Origin: an uncultured virus (IMG/VR IMGVR_UViG_3300046665_000305) | Taxonomy: Duplodnaviria; Heunggongvirae; Uroviricota; Caudoviricetes | DNA length: 64,000 nt | Reading direction: 5' to 3' (one strand) | Virus record (IMG/VR): IMGVR_UViG_3300046665_000305 | Location: 1 to 64,000 of that record | Shown here: in pieces, positions 20,138-30,676 of the stretch | Layout: each line of letters begins with the position of its first letter | How positions within the stretch are numbered: position 1 is the first letter of the stretch | The notes under the pieces: model-generated | What the model was told of the DNA's origin: nothing | The model's database searches: none | What the model saw: only the letters and a program-made list of their open reading frames with translations | Program-made: the position numbers and the translations under genes

Positions 20138-20517
20138 TTTACCAAAAATTCATTTACCGTGCCGATCTTCAAGCTAACCCCTTCGTCCTATATCTCTTCG
20201 GAGACAACCTTAAGCGACAAGGCATGGGTGGACAGGCCAAAGAAATGCGAGGCGAACCAAATGCCGTTGGCATCGCGACAAAGAAACTCCCATCTCAATA
20301 TGATAACAGCTTTTTCAGCGATGATGACTTCGATCTGTTTGAAGAGAATTACCTTGCTGACATGGAAATGGTTTATAGCCATCTCGACCATAAGGGTACA
20401 GTCATCGTCCCGCTCGACGGCCTAGGCACTGGCCTCTCTGAACTTCCCACACGTGCCCCAAAAATCGACACCTACATCAAAACAGCAATCAGGAACTTAG
20501 TAGAAGTTTATGGCTAA
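20128..20517 (+). CDS. conserved phage protein, possibly macrodomain-like
   Basis: LFGDN...G.GGQA, NAVGI.TK, DGLGTGL. Confidence 0.55.
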   Translation: MPVIYQKFIYRADLQANPFVLYLFGDNLKRQGMGGQAKEMRGEPNAVGIATKKLPSQYDNSFFSDDDFDLFEENYLADMEMVYSHLDHKGTVIVPLDGLGTGLSELPTRAPKIDTYIKTAIRNLVEVYG

Positions 20518-20809
20518 CGCAGAAAAAGACCAACTTGAAAGTATTATAGATTTTCTTTGCCACAAGTACGATACGACAGGCAACGAAATCTACCAAAAAG
20601 AACTTAAAGAACTGATCAAGGAGAACGAAATCAATGGGTAATCCAGTTACGAAGCGCGAAGCAGACATTTTGGACGAATATGCTGCGATTATGGAAGAGC
20701 TTAACAATACTGATGACGATGATTTCAGTGCTTATGCCGGTAAGAGAGATGATGAGGATGGGGATTGGTAGCACAAAAGTAGTGCGATAACAATTCAATA
20801 AACTAGTGT

Positions 20810-20836
20810 AGGCCCGCGTCAGCGGGCTTTCTTTTT
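20810..20836 (+). terminator. intrinsic terminator
   Basis: GGCCCGC-GTCA-GCGGGCT followed by TTCTTTTT. Confidence 0.8.
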
Positions 20837-20854
20837 GACTACATTCAGGACAGC

Positions 20855-20876
20855 AAAAAGCCCGCCGAAGCGGGCT
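20855..20876 (-). terminator. intrinsic terminator of the NAD operon
   Basis: Minus strand AGCCCGC-TTCG-GCGGGCT-TTTT. Confidence 0.85.
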
Positions 20877-20883
20877 AAATGTT

Positions 20884-22308
20884 TTAGATCGAAGCGTTAG
20901 CCCTGACCTCTGTGAACGTGATTGGTAGCTTCAGCCATTTACCTGTGTTCCAAATAGGCTTTAGGTAATTCTCGGTCCCATGTGAAGCATTAGCCAAGTC
21001 ACTGAACTTGACAGACACTAGCTTGGTGCCGTTGTGAACCACGGCTTGACGGCCACCCTTGCTCGACTTGCTCATGTCGGTCTTAGGCTTCTTTTGAACC
21101 TCGATTCGTTCATTTCCGATACGAATTTCGTTCGTCTTCATGGCCCAAGAGAAATCATCGCGCATTGGAGCCTGCAAAAGCTGTCCGCCCATCCCGAAGC
21201 AAATATTCTCGGCTGAGAAGCCAAAATCTTCCACAGCTTCAAGAATATCTTCAATAGAATTGAGATTTACGCCGTCGCCTTGGATGACACGAACTTTAGG
21301 ATTTAATACTTTAAAGCCCTTAGAGTTGATCGTGCTGCCAAACTTTTCATCCAGAAGTTCTAGAACATGAGGTACGATTTCGGTCGGTTCACCACTATCA
21401 GGTCGGACCACGATCCAGCCGTCACGAGCCTCAATCTTTTCCTTATGATCCATGCCGATGTACTGAGACACGAAGCGGTCAAGATCGTAACTATCTCCAA
21501 CGATTGAGATAATTGGATATCCCATCTCGGTAAACGTATCAATTACACGTCCAACGAAGGCAGATTCCCCTGCTTCGCCATTCATAGTCGTTACGCTATG
21601 TTCGGTAGCTGGCACTGAAATGATAACAGGACCATCTCGCTCAAGATCATGTTCATAATAATCTTCAGCCGCACCAATTGCTTCGACAGTATCGGAACCG
21701 AGGAAGTTAATGGCATGCGCTAATCCGCCAAGTGCTGCTGTTTCACCGGATGATGTGCCACGAGCGCCGAAGTCATTGAGGGCGCAAGCCAGTGTCATAG
21801 GGTCTTTAATGTCAAGATCGGACGTGTATTTATAAGCACTGGCGATTGTTTGCTTGATTTTGCGGCTCAGTGTTGCGACCGTGCTAGGATACCAAATCGC
21901 ACGAAGCAAACTAGTCTCGATATCAGCTACGATTTCAGGCATAGCATCGGAACTGACCTGGACCACGACAACGCCGGGACTAACGACAGTGCCTTCGGCC
22001 AAAGCTTCAATCTTTACCGGAACATAACCGCCATATTCATTGACGACACGTTCCCACAATTTGCGGTGAAACGGGACCATTGCCGACTTGGCATGGCGTT
22101 CCGCTCTGTCAATATCAACCCAAGACAACCTCTTGGTCAGATATTCCTTGATCCAAGCCTGAAGGCCGAAGAAGACGATTTCGTCGGTGTAAGCCGTCTT
22201 GCGCGCTTCGATATAAGAGGTAGCGCCTGTAATATCCTTTCGGACCACAAACGGATGGCTAAATTTGTAATTGTCGGTACTGGTAATTAGTGAACGTGTA
22301 AGTAGCAT
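20884..22308 (-). CDS. nadV: nicotinamide phosphoribosyltransferase (NAMPT)
   Basis: TDNYKFSH, FFGLQ, IWYPSTVAT, DFGARG, PATEHS, RPDSG, IQGDG, FGMGG.LLQ. Confidence 0.95.
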   Translation of the reverse strand: MLLTRSLITSTDNYKFSHPFVVRKDITGATSYIEARKTAYTDEIVFFGLQAWIKEYLTKRLSWVDIDRAERHAKSAMVPFHRKLWERVVNEYGGYVPVKIEALAEGTVVSPGVVVVQVSSDAMPEIVADIETSLLRAIWYPSTVATLSRKIKQTIASAYKYTSDLDIKDPMTLACALNDFGARGTSSGETAALGGLAHAINFLGSDTVEAIGAAEDYYEHDLERDGPVIISVPATEHSVTTMNGEAGESAFVGRVIDTFTEMGYPIISIVGDSYDLDRFVSQYIGMDHKEKIEARDGWIVVRPDSGEPTEIVPHVLELLDEKFGSTINSKGFKVLNPKVRVIQGDGVNLNSIEDILEAVEDFGFSAENICFGMGGQLLQAPMRDDFSWAMKTNEIRIGNERIEVQKKPKTDMSKSSKGGRQAVVHNGTKLVSVKFSDLANASHGTENYLKPIWNTGKWLKLPITFTEVRANASI

Positions 22309-22325
22309 ATTAGAAACTCCTTCGC

Positions 22326-23417
22326 TTATGCGTTGATAATATCATTAATAATTTGTTCGTGATCCTCAAAGAACTGACCACGCATAGTGGGCAGCATTGA
22401 AATAGGAATCCACTGAGCATGTTTCGCGTCGTCGGACCCTTTCACTTCAGGCAATCCAGCCTTCACATTTTCAAGAACAAACTTGAAGCAATGAGAGATG
22501 ATGTGACTTCTGTTGCTCCTGAAAGGGTTGTCATAAACCTTAGAGGCTTGCAATGATCCAAACAGAACCTTTTCAGGTACTTTCAGTCTTGTCTCTTCAC
22601 GCAGTTCACGAACAGCGGCATGAATCAGACGTTCGCGATTAACGAAGCCTCCCGGCATGGCCCACAGATCGCGGCCATAATCATTTCCACGTTTAATAAG
22701 GAGAATGTGACCAGCTTGAATCACTGCGCTGTCTACCGTGGTGTGTGGACCACGGCCCCATGCCGCTTCATATCCCTTCTCATATTCCCAATCAGATCGC
22801 AGACCTTCCCAAATCTCGGGTTTAACCTTAATATGATTACCGATTGCGGTTTTCACTCTCGGATCAAGGTGAGGCGCTGTTGCGATGTTACCAGCGAAAA
22901 GGTATTCTCGAACAGCTGTAGCGCTAAGCACTTCGCCTTCGTAATCCGCTGGACTAACGGCTATTGACTCGTACTGAGGAAATAGTTTCAAATAGAAGCT
23001 AGTCTCGTCTTTCGACATACCGGCGAGCGCGATGGAATGAGTGTAATCCTTGAAACCGCGATTTGTATATTTCGCTACTGGTTCATGATTACGAATCGCG
23101 CTATTTACGGCATGTTGAACTTCCGCGAGCCAGAGATTATCGTTATACGGATAATCACCAACACTTGTGAGCAGAATCCGTTCGTCGTGATTCGTAGCGA
23201 TACGAATCATTTCCTGACGTTCCAAAGCTGTAAAGGGGGTTCTTGTGTTCCGCGCCAAGTTGTCGGAACCGCAAACTACGATAAGATAATCGCATTTCGC
23301 AAGCGCTTCCATCATTACTTTGACGTGGCCGTCGTGGATGGGAGCAAAACGTCCAATGAAGACGCCATAGTCGTATTTAATACCCGGCATTTGAAACTCC
23401 TTCTCTTGCCATTTCAT
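22326..23417 (-). CDS. nadM: bifunctional NMN adenylyltransferase / ADP-ribose Nudix hydrolase
   Basis: FIGRFAPIHDGH (HxGH), LSAT.VR, Nudix box GG...AAVRELREET, GSDDA, FFEDH. Confidence 0.92.
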   Translation of the reverse strand: MKWQEKEFQMPGIKYDYGVFIGRFAPIHDGHVKVMMEALAKCDYLIVVCGSDNLARNTRTPFTALERQEMIRIATNHDERILLTSVGDYPYNDNLWLAEVQHAVNSAIRNHEPVAKYTNRGFKDYTHSIALAGMSKDETSFYLKLFPQYESIAVSPADYEGEVLSATAVREYLFAGNIATAPHLDPRVKTAIGNHIKVKPEIWEGLRSDWEYEKGYEAAWGRGPHTTVDSAVIQAGHILLIKRGNDYGRDLWAMPGGFVNRERLIHAAVRELREETRLKVPEKVLFGSLQASKVYDNPFRSNRSHIISHCFKFVLENVKAGLPEVKGSDDAKHAQWIPISMLPTMRGQFFEDHEQIINDIINA

Positions 23418-23428
23418 TTAACGTGCAA

Positions 23429-23469
23429 CTTATAACAGAAGATTCCACTTTTGTCAAGTGGAATCTTCT
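23429..23469 (-). promoter_or_regulatory. promoter of nadM-nadV inside a perfect 14-bp inverted repeat
   Basis: TTGACA-N17-TATAAG; AGAAGATTCCACTT-N5-AAGTGGAATCTTCT. Confidence 0.75.
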
Positions 23470-23479
23470 TTCTCAAAAA

Positions 23480-23731
23480 TTAAAATACGATATCGACTTC
23501 TTCGCCAAAAACAGAAATAATATCTTGAATTAGCTGGTTCTTATCTTTGCCCCAACCTTCTGTTTCCGCGAGTGGTTCGCCGTCTGCTGTGAGCCAAAAA
23601 TATGCTCGATAGCCTTCTTCTTTATCATAATCAATTGAGACATGAAATTCATCAATTTCATAGCCCTCAAGAGCTTCCGACATGTCGTCTAGATTTTCAA
23701 TAATGTACTGCTGAAATAGTGACCTACGCAT
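23480..23731 (-). CDS. small acidic protein (paralog of 55425..55688)
   Basis: Shared N.D...EAL, EEG and K.QLI.D.I motifs. Confidence 0.6.
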   Translation of the reverse strand: MRRSLFQQYIIENLDDMSEALEGYEIDEFHVSIDYDKEEGYRAYFWLTADGEPLAETEGWGKDKNQLIQDIISVFGEEVDIVF

Positions 23732-23736
23732 TTATG

Positions 23737-26700
23737 TTATTCTTCCGTAATGTTAATCATGTCAAGTTTGATTTTTAATTTATTTTGAATGTGGTCCATA
23801 ATAGTCTCTAGAGGAGGTAGTTTCATCCAAACTTCGTTATTTTGTCTCTTCCTTCTAACCATTTTTGCGAGCAAGTATTGATCGGCTAGCTTTTGGAATG
23901 TTTTTGGATCGGCTTTATATCTGGATTGGGATGTTTTCAAACTATTATAATAATGTTGTCTAAGAATTTTAGGGTCTACCCAATTATCTATGCCATAATC
24001 TAACTCTACCTTATCTAAATCTTGTGAAGATACTTCATCAATGCCCATATTTTCTACGAGAGTGACAAAGAACTTCTCCCAAACATGCATTGATTGTGTT
24101 ACTTGCTGTCTCAAAGCATCAGTCTTTGGAGGCTGTCTCAGAACGTCCCAACCAGCTGATCCCTGTGGCTCAAAGTGAAGAAGGTCATACATCATCGCTT
24201 CCTTGCCACCATTTTCCATTTGTTCAATGATGCCTTTGAAGTAAACGATATCGTCTTTATATTTGTCTGAAGCTTCAGTCACAAAATATCGACGCTCATC
24301 GGATGAAGCATTGACGACCCATTCTTCGTTTGAGATAATGACGATGCGAAGATAGTTTTCCATCTGGAACGCATCGATACCCTTCGGCTCCATGAGAAGA
24401 GACGAACCTGTAATCAGTTCTTTAAGGATTGAGTCTTCTCTGGCATTACCGGCGAATAGACCTTCTTCAGCGATCATGAACAGCTTGTCTCTAAAGTGCC
24501 AGTTGAATTGGCCCGTAATGTGAGACGCGTTGGCCGAACTCATGCCGTACTTGCCCATAATGTCTTGGAAGATAGTGAAGACAAGAGACTTACCGACACC
24601 CTTTAGGCCGCGCACAACAATGGCTGAGCCCTTCTTTTCCCAAGGACGTTGAACGATGTGTGCGAGCCACGTCAATACCCATAGATAATGCTCTTCATTA
24701 TTATGGCAAATCACTTCGAAGATGTGATTTTTGAGCTTGTCCCAATTACCTTTTCGGGCAATTGTCTCAAAACCCTTGAAAAGATTAAACTTTGAAGGAT
24801 CAGGATTGGGACGAGGATCGAACGTGACACCTTCATAGGTACGGCGCTGTTCCCATTCGAGCCAAAGCTTTGAAACGTGCTCCAATCGTGGTTCATTTCC
24901 TTCGTGGATCAAAATTTTCTCATTCGCTTTAAGGGCTTTCCAGTCATCTCGACCGGTAAAAGTCATATCTTTTTTATGGGAATCCATGATAACTACTTTA
25001 GAACCAGTATCGACCATGGCATATCGTTCATTGTATTTGTGAAGCCTTTTGTCCAATTCGTCAAGCTTTTTATTCTTGTCTTCCTCAGTCTTTTCGTATT
25101 TAGTTGGGAGATGCTTCTTTAGAATTTTCTTAGGTATTTTTGTCTTTCTACTTATTTTTGAAAGGTAAACCTCGAAATCGTCCTCATCTAAATCGTCTAA
25201 ACGGCCAATCTGCCTTACAATATCAATTACGTCGTCTTTTTGACTGGCTTGCGATATTGAATCAATCAGTGCTGGAATGTTAACTTCGGCTTGAGTTAGC
25301 GGCTTCTTTTCGTCACTTTTTTCTTCAGGCTCTTCCCTGATAAGGCTAGGGCAAAAGCGTTCGTCCTGAAGGTCATCAACCGTGAACCATTCAAGCTCGA
25401 CCATGCCCTGCACATATTCTAATTTGTTTCGGCCCGCACATGAGTTATGGGTGCAGTGAATCATGAAGCCAGTATCGCCGTCTGAGGCGTTAATAGCGTA
25501 AGTTCCTGCGCCGCCTGCCTTGCTATGCTCATCTTCGAAAGGGCATTCGATATGGAAGCCGGGACCATTGGTACGCGGCGTTCTAATAGCGTCTGGATAA
25601 TACTCTTCAATGAGATCAACAATCTCACAGTCTCTTGTTGCGATCCAACGCTTCAAGTTGTAGCCATCAACGTAAAGACCTTCGCCCTTCGCGCCTAGTG
25701 ACTTACCTGCGTCTTGGAAAGCGTTACTCGCATCAGACTTGTCGCCGCGCTTCATTTCGATGCGGTCGTAAGAGCGTAGATCAACATATTCGCCGTCTAC
25801 GAATCTAGTTTCATATGGGCTATCTTTGGCATGGCGCGGCATATAAAATAGACGTGCCGGATCGGTGCATGAATGGTCATACACAAAGCCTAACTCAGTG
25901 CCTAAGCCGTGATAATGCTCTTTCCACGCCTTCTGTTCTTCTCTTTGATTGGCCTTGCCTTGGAAGACAAAAGGCTCTGAAAGGAAGAAAATGATACGAT
26001 GTTTAGGCATCTGCTTGTGCCTAATAATCGTCAGTGTGCCCTCTTGTGACACCTTAGCATCTTCGATAATGTCGAGAGTTTCAACAACGCGAGGGAGGAA
26101 ACCTCTCTCAGAGATCAGGTACTTCCTGAGAAGATTGATTTCAACGTTCTTTGTTGCATCTCTTCCGCTCCATCTGAAAAAAGCATCACGCTTCACTTCA
26201 GATTCGTCTTTCATATGCGAGTGAGTCGTGTATCGCACATAAGCTAGGCCAGTCTCAGCCAAACGGGCGTCAATTTCTTCGGCGGTTTCACCTGTATCCA
26301 GATCGAAGCCGATAAAATAGTTTTTGACCAGAGCGTTACCGGAACGATCATTCCCGGCCAATTCGCCTTGAAGAAAGCAAGTTCCATCCTTCTTACCCTC
26401 TTGGTGGAGAGTAAGCATTTCAATAACGCCGCCGAAGGTGCCTTCAACGTTTTTCCAGCCGCCCTTCTTAGCCGCAGCAGTGGGAGCCAATGCGATAGAG
26501 ATTTTTGTTGATTTATCAACCTTGGATAGGAGCTTAGAATCCTTGACTACTTCCTCGAAATCAAACGTCTCGTAGAAATTGTCTTCGTTGAAGGTGTAGG
26601 AAATAAGAGGAATCTCTACGACAGGCTCGCCATATTGGGGAATGAGATCACCATCAATGGCGCTTTCGTAAAACCATAGCTTCAAACCGCCGCCTTCAGC

Positions 26701-26937
26701 TGAAGGTGCGGGGAAGTGACTAGGGACTTCATCTGCGGGCAGGCCAAAGCCTACAAGCTCATTGGCCGTCGTTTCTAAGCTGATGTGAGTGGGATCAAAA
26801 TCAATGACTTCGTCTAAATCGCGAGTTTGAAGCGGAACGTCGTCTTTATCATTAAAAAATTCAATATTGCCCTGAGTAAGACCGTCACCAAATAAACCAG
26901 CAACAAGCCTTTCAAGCTCGTCTTCAGTAATCTTCAT
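23737..26937 (-). CDS. primase-helicase (primpol-like N-terminus, Zn finger, D5/SF3-type NTPase)
   Basis: DLD, YTTHSH, D.SC.DPARL.Y.P, CPF..EH...C.H..C, Walker A GLKGVGKS, EPKG, ERRY; probable start MKITEDE downstream of the promoter. Confidence 0.85.
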   Translation of the reverse strand: MKITEDELERLVAGLFGDGLTQGNIEFFNDKDDVPLQTRDLDEVIDFDPTHISLETTANELVGFGLPADEVPSHFPAPSAEGGGLKLWFYESAIDGDLIPQYGEPVVEIPLISYTFNEDNFYETFDFEEVVKDSKLLSKVDKSTKISIALAPTAAAKKGGWKNVEGTFGGVIEMLTLHQEGKKDGTCFLQGELAGNDRSGNALVKNYFIGFDLDTGETAEEIDARLAETGLAYVRYTTHSHMKDESEVKRDAFFRWSGRDATKNVEINLLRKYLISERGFLPRVVETLDIIEDAKVSQEGTLTIIRHKQMPKHRIIFFLSEPFVFQGKANQREEQKAWKEHYHGLGTELGFVYDHSCTDPARLFYMPRHAKDSPYETRFVDGEYVDLRSYDRIEMKRGDKSDASNAFQDAGKSLGAKGEGLYVDGYNLKRWIATRDCEIVDLIEEYYPDAIRTPRTNGPGFHIECPFEDEHSKAGGAGTYAINASDGDTGFMIHCTHNSCAGRNKLEYVQGMVELEWFTVDDLQDERFCPSLIREEPEEKSDEKKPLTQAEVNIPALIDSISQASQKDDVIDIVRQIGRLDDLDEDDFEVYLSKISRKTKIPKKILKKHLPTKYEKTEEDKNKKLDELDKRLHKYNERYAMVDTGSKVVIMDSHKKDMTFTGRDDWKALKANEKILIHEGNEPRLEHVSKLWLEWEQRRTYEGVTFDPRPNPDPSKFNLFKGFETIARKGNWDKLKNHIFEVICHNNEEHYLWVLTWLAHIVQRPWEKKGSAIVVRGLKGVGKSLVFTIFQDIMGKYGMSSANASHITGQFNWHFRDKLFMIAEEGLFAGNAREDSILKELITGSSLLMEPKGIDAFQMENYLRIVIISNEEWVVNASSDERRYFVTEASDKYKDDIVYFKGIIEQMENGGKEAMMYDLLHFEPQGSAGWDVLRQPPKTDALRQQVTQSMHVWEKFFVTLVENMGIDEVSSQDLDKVELDYGIDNWVDPKILRQHYYNSLKTSQSRYKADPKTFQKLADQYLLAKMVRRKRQNNEVWMKLPPLETIMDHIQNKLKIKLDMINITEE

Positions 26938-26963
26938 TATTATGCCTTTTTTCACATGCTTGT

Positions 26964-26992
26964 TATATGGCACAAAAAACCAAAAAAGTCAA
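26964..26992 (-). promoter_or_regulatory. sigma70-type promoter of the primase-helicase
   Basis: TTGACT-N17-CATATA. Confidence 0.65.
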
Positions 26993-27020
26993 TACTTTCT
27001 AGGTCCATTTTTAAAAAATA

Positions 27021-27051
27021 AAAAGTCCTGACAATGGCTTGACAGGACTTT
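27021..27051 (-). terminator. intrinsic terminator-like hairpin
   Basis: AAAGTCCTG...CAGGACTTT with an adjacent A-tract (U-tract on the minus strand). Confidence 0.55.
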
Positions 27052-27420
27052 CATAAGTAAAATCAAAGGCTAGATTACTTACGCAGGAGCTTCTTCCAGA
27101 AAGCTCCAAGGTATTCATCGAGAGGGGAAACAGAATTTCCGCGTTCAGTGTAAGTTGAATACGCAGTATAAACGGCATAACCAACAAGGGCGAGGAGGAT
27201 AAGATCGAGGATAAACATATTTAGTTCCTTTTCAGTGGTTGTTGTGACTTAAGTGGGGAAGCTTCTTACTTCCCACCACCCTTCATTCTGCGCTGCATTT
27301 CATATTCCGCCGCAGCTGAGCTAAGGCTTCCGCTCTGGATAATTGCCTTAAGCTCTTCCGTGCTCTTCTTCTTCATCTTTTCGGTGCGCGTTTCATTAAC
27401 TTTAGACATTTAAGCTCCTT

Positions 27421-27705
27421 CTAAATTTTTTCGTAAACTAAAATAGTGCGTTCCACCTGAGCAACTTCGTCGCATTCAATTTCATCTGGACCATATTCAA
27501 ATGGGCGCTCATCCTGTTGTTCTGTAGCACCAATAGAATAATTTGTCAAGTAAAATTTTCCAGTCTCAACGTCTTTGAAAACCATTTCATGATGTACGGA
27601 CCAGCGGCCAGTGTCAGTGATATCGTCTTTAATCAGTTCAAGTAATTCAGAATCTTCCCAAATCACCAGCTTAAGCTGTTCCTTATCAAAGGTCTTGGAA
27701 GGCAT
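27421..27705 (-). CDS. conserved phage hypothetical protein
   Basis: GRWS.H...VF...GATE.QDE; probable start MPSKTF. Confidence 0.6.
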   Translation of the reverse strand: MPSKTFDKEQLKLVIWEDSELLELIKDDITDTGRWSVHHEMVFKDVETGKFYLTNYSIGATEQQDERPFEYGPDEIECDEVAQVERTILVYEKI

Positions 27706-28039
27706 AACGGAAGTCCTCTGGAATAGTTTCGGGATCAAAATCAATTAATTCATAAAGTGAATAATGGGTCTTGGCAAAAGTTCTGCCATTCTCGACATAA
27801 ATCTTTTCTACTTTGCTTGTAGAAATGACCTCGCCGCCGAGAAATCGACCCTTCGTGTCAATCTCAATCGTGCCACCAAGATTCGGATAACGAGCGCCAT
27901 TCATGGGAAGGCCGGGAGTCTTGAAATGAACATTGGTCAGGACACCGGTAATGCCTTCTTCGATGAGGCTACCTTTAAGTTCGCGTTTCGCGGCGAAAAA
28001 CTTGTCCGCAAGTTCTAGATATTCTTTATACGTTGTCAT
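27686..28039 (-). CDS. hypothetical protein
   Basis: 117 aa ORF; D.KGRF..G..I.TS motif. Confidence 0.55.
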   Translation of the reverse strand: MTTYKEYLELADKFFAAKRELKGSLIEEGITGVLTNVHFKTPGLPMNGARYPNLGGTIEIDTKGRFLGGEVISTSKVEKIYVENGRTFAKTHYSLYELIDFDPETIPEDFRYAFQDL

Positions 28040-28259
28040 TTAAAAATTTAACCTTCTTAAGTTCTTGGGGTAAGTCGCCTCGGACATGAAGCCATTCATA
28101 GTCAGCTTCTTTCCATTCATACGTAATGTCTAGACGAATCAAGCGTTCAGAAATAGCCTGAACAACTTCTCTCACAGTGACTTTATGACCTTCGGTGATA
28201 AGACAGTCGTTTATATACAGACCTTCCCAATCATCGCCACTTACTAAAACAATTTTCAT
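28026..28259 (-). CDS. hypothetical protein (paralog of 5844..6086)
   Basis: Shared motifs. Confidence 0.6.
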   Translation of the reverse strand: MKIVLVSGDDWEGLYINDCLITEGHKVTVREVVQAISERLIRLDITYEWKEADYEWLHVRGDLPQELKKVKFLNDNV

Positions 28260-28878
28260 AAACTAAATCTTTCTTAAAATTTTGGCCCACCAAGGAATAT
28301 CACCTGAGCCGGGACTATAAGCGTCGTAATACGAACAGTAACATCCATGTTCTATCATGCCGATGCAATTTTCACAGTCGTAATATGGATAGGCCCAACG
28401 GCGAACCAGTAGCCGAAGCCTTAATCTAAAATTGTGTACCAATTAAATAAAATCCGTAACATAGCCAAGCAATTGGCAGAATAAAAATTGAACACCAAAC
28501 CGTGTAACCGACAAGAATTGCGCCGCCTAGTCCAAAATAACGTTCAGAGACGGCGAACATAACAAAGGCATACAATGTAAGGCCTAAATATTCACAAATT
28601 CCTACAAAAAACCACCAGCCAAAAAGGCTCCAAAAATCCACCGTCACCTAAGTTCCCTTTTCAATGATCTGAAGTCGGCACAAGTGCCGCGATATGCACC
28701 TACGACCTGCCCGCGAGGAACAGGGATGCGGTAAATCTGAGATTCGTTTTCACAATCTTGCACGTAAGTAATAGAGCCAGACTTCTTGACCACTTTACCA
28801 ACCTTAATTTCCCCGTTCTGGATGAAGAGGATGTTAGCGCTTAGCACGAGGGCTGTGATAATCATGTCTGGTTCTCCT

Positions 28879-29220
28879 TTAATCAACAAACAAACCTTCT
28901 GGTTCGGCGTCGATTATATCCGCGATTTGGGCAAAGGTCAAGCCTTCCACGTCGTTGTGACGGAACAAAGCATTCGTGCTGTACTCCCCTAACACGTCAC
29001 GAAGGCCAAAAGTTTTAGCCACAAGCGCGTAAGGGTTAACAGACATATTGCGGATATCTCGTAACTCATAGTCACTCAGTCCAATGACTTTACCAGCCAC
29101 ACCGAGGCAGCAATATGCCCCGTCAGGGGTGCATAGGTCTTTCTTGCCCTGCTCATATTCGCCGGATCGCAGCGCAGCGGTCCACTTGGCGCGCAATTCT
29201 TTGTGGTTATGCTCAGTCAT
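28879..29220 (-). CDS. hypothetical protein, CCLGV family
   Basis: W.AALRSG.Y.Q, CCLGV, ND....F..IA.II. Confidence 0.65.
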   Translation of the reverse strand: MTEHNHKELRAKWTAALRSGEYEQGKKDLCTPDGAYCCLGVAGKVIGLSDYELRDIRNMSVNPYALVAKTFGLRDVLGEYSTNALFRHNDVEGLTFAQIADIIDAEPEGLFVD

Positions 29221-29448
29221 TATTTTTCTTCCTTCCACGGATGATTACTCTGTCTAAAATTTTAAATTCTGAGCAGAAATACGATATAGCCATCACGGCA
29301 ACAAAAGGTCCAATAATTAGAGCAAGAGTGATAAATCCTAGCAAATCCTTTAATCTAGAGTCATTCCCTAGATAATAATCTATATAGAATCCTATGACAC
29401 AGCCCAAAAGCCCCGAACCGGCCCAAAGTAAATAATAATCTAATAGAG

Positions 29449-29661
29449 TCATCGTCTTTTTGAACCATCAATTTTAAGAGCGATTAGAAATAGAAGAACG
29501 AGAATTGCGATAATTACTAGGGGCGCGATCCAGAGCGGAGACAGTACCCATAGCCAAGACCAAGCAATGAAGCCGGTTAGCTTCAGAGCGATGAAAAGAA
29601 TGGTGAGGAGACCGACGAAACCAATACCACTTGAAGATGAAGAACTTACATTATTTGTCAT
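29449..29661 (-). CDS. small membrane protein
   Basis: GIGF.GLL.I.FI.LKL...I.WSW.WVLSPLWI, two TM helices. Confidence 0.7.
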   Translation of the reverse strand: MTNNVSSSSSSGIGFVGLLTILFIALKLTGFIAWSWLWVLSPLWIAPLVIIAILVLLFLIALKIDGSKRR

Positions 29662-30181
29662 TCGAATGTGTCTTTCGTACCATTAATTTTGTTGTTAATA
29701 ATTATTAAAATCCATTTCACAGTGAAATACAATGCTATCACGGCGAAGACTTGTGTCAGAGGATCGGAGGGCCACATTATTCAATTCCTTCAAGAAGGTG
29801 ACGGACCATTGCTTCGGCTTGAACCGCGTCGAGCAGATTGGTGCCATAGGGTTGATGCTTCTTGGGCCACGGAGTGTTCTCATTAAAATCTGGCTTAAAG
29901 CTAATTCCTGCGTCTGGATTAAAGTTTTCAGGCAGTTTCCATGTCAGAAACCGGTTAACCATGTGTTTAATCTGAGCTTCAGTCATTTACTTCGCCAATC
30001 CACGGCCCTAGTGACACGTACATGTTTTTATCTAAGTGCCAATAACCGCGATCAAAACCACTGTGAATAATAGTTTGAACATCTCTTTTATTGAAGTTTA
30101 AATCAGTAAAAATTTTAAGTATAGTTCCGGGGCTTAATGCGCCCTGAGCCAAAAAATACTCGATATGTTCCTTTAAAAGTT

Positions 30182-30676
30182 TCATGCTGATAAAACCTTT
30201 TCAATCGCTGCTTCAAGCTTCTCTCTCACACCAGCGTACCTCTTGTTGAGGTAGGCTTTAAACTTATCATCAAGATCAGCATTGCGTCCAATTGATGTAT
30301 TATCCATATTGTCGGCCAGCTTGCCGATCAGAGCAGTGATATTACCGCTGGCGCAGAGCGTATCGATATAGTCTGAATAACTTCCATCTTCGTTATAGTG
30401 AGTCAAAAGCTCTACCGCGTCGATAATGGCATTGCTATATCCATAGAGATGGAGATCATAAGCCGTAATATCGCTATCTTCAAGTACGTCGTGGAGCAGT
30501 GCGACTTGATAAATATCACTTGCGAGCTTTTCGTCCGCAATGTCGTAACGCTTCACCAGCATTAATGCATTATTAGAAACCCTGACACAGTGATCGTACT
30601 TAGATACTTTCTGCTTGTCGTATTGGCCAGATAGAGCAGCTTTGACGAGGATCATAGTTTTTAAATTACTTGGCAT
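30182..30676 (-). CDS. HD-domain (p)ppGpp hydrolase-like protein (Mesh1/SAH type)
   Basis: H..RV, ALLHDVLEDS, V.LLTH, KLAD..DN. Confidence 0.8.
   Translation of the reverse strand: MPSNLKTMILVKAALSGQYDKQKVSKYDHCVRVSNNALMLVKRYDIADEKLASDIYQVALLHDVLEDSDITAYDLHLYGYSNAIIDAVELLTHYNEDGSYSDYIDTLCASGNITALIGKLADNMDNTSIGRNADLDDKFKAYLNKRYAGVREKLEAAIEKVLSA

Noticed and set aside
26938..26973. N-terminal 12 codons of the 1078-aa ORF
   Set aside because: The GTG start overlaps the predicted promoter; the downstream ATG is more plausible
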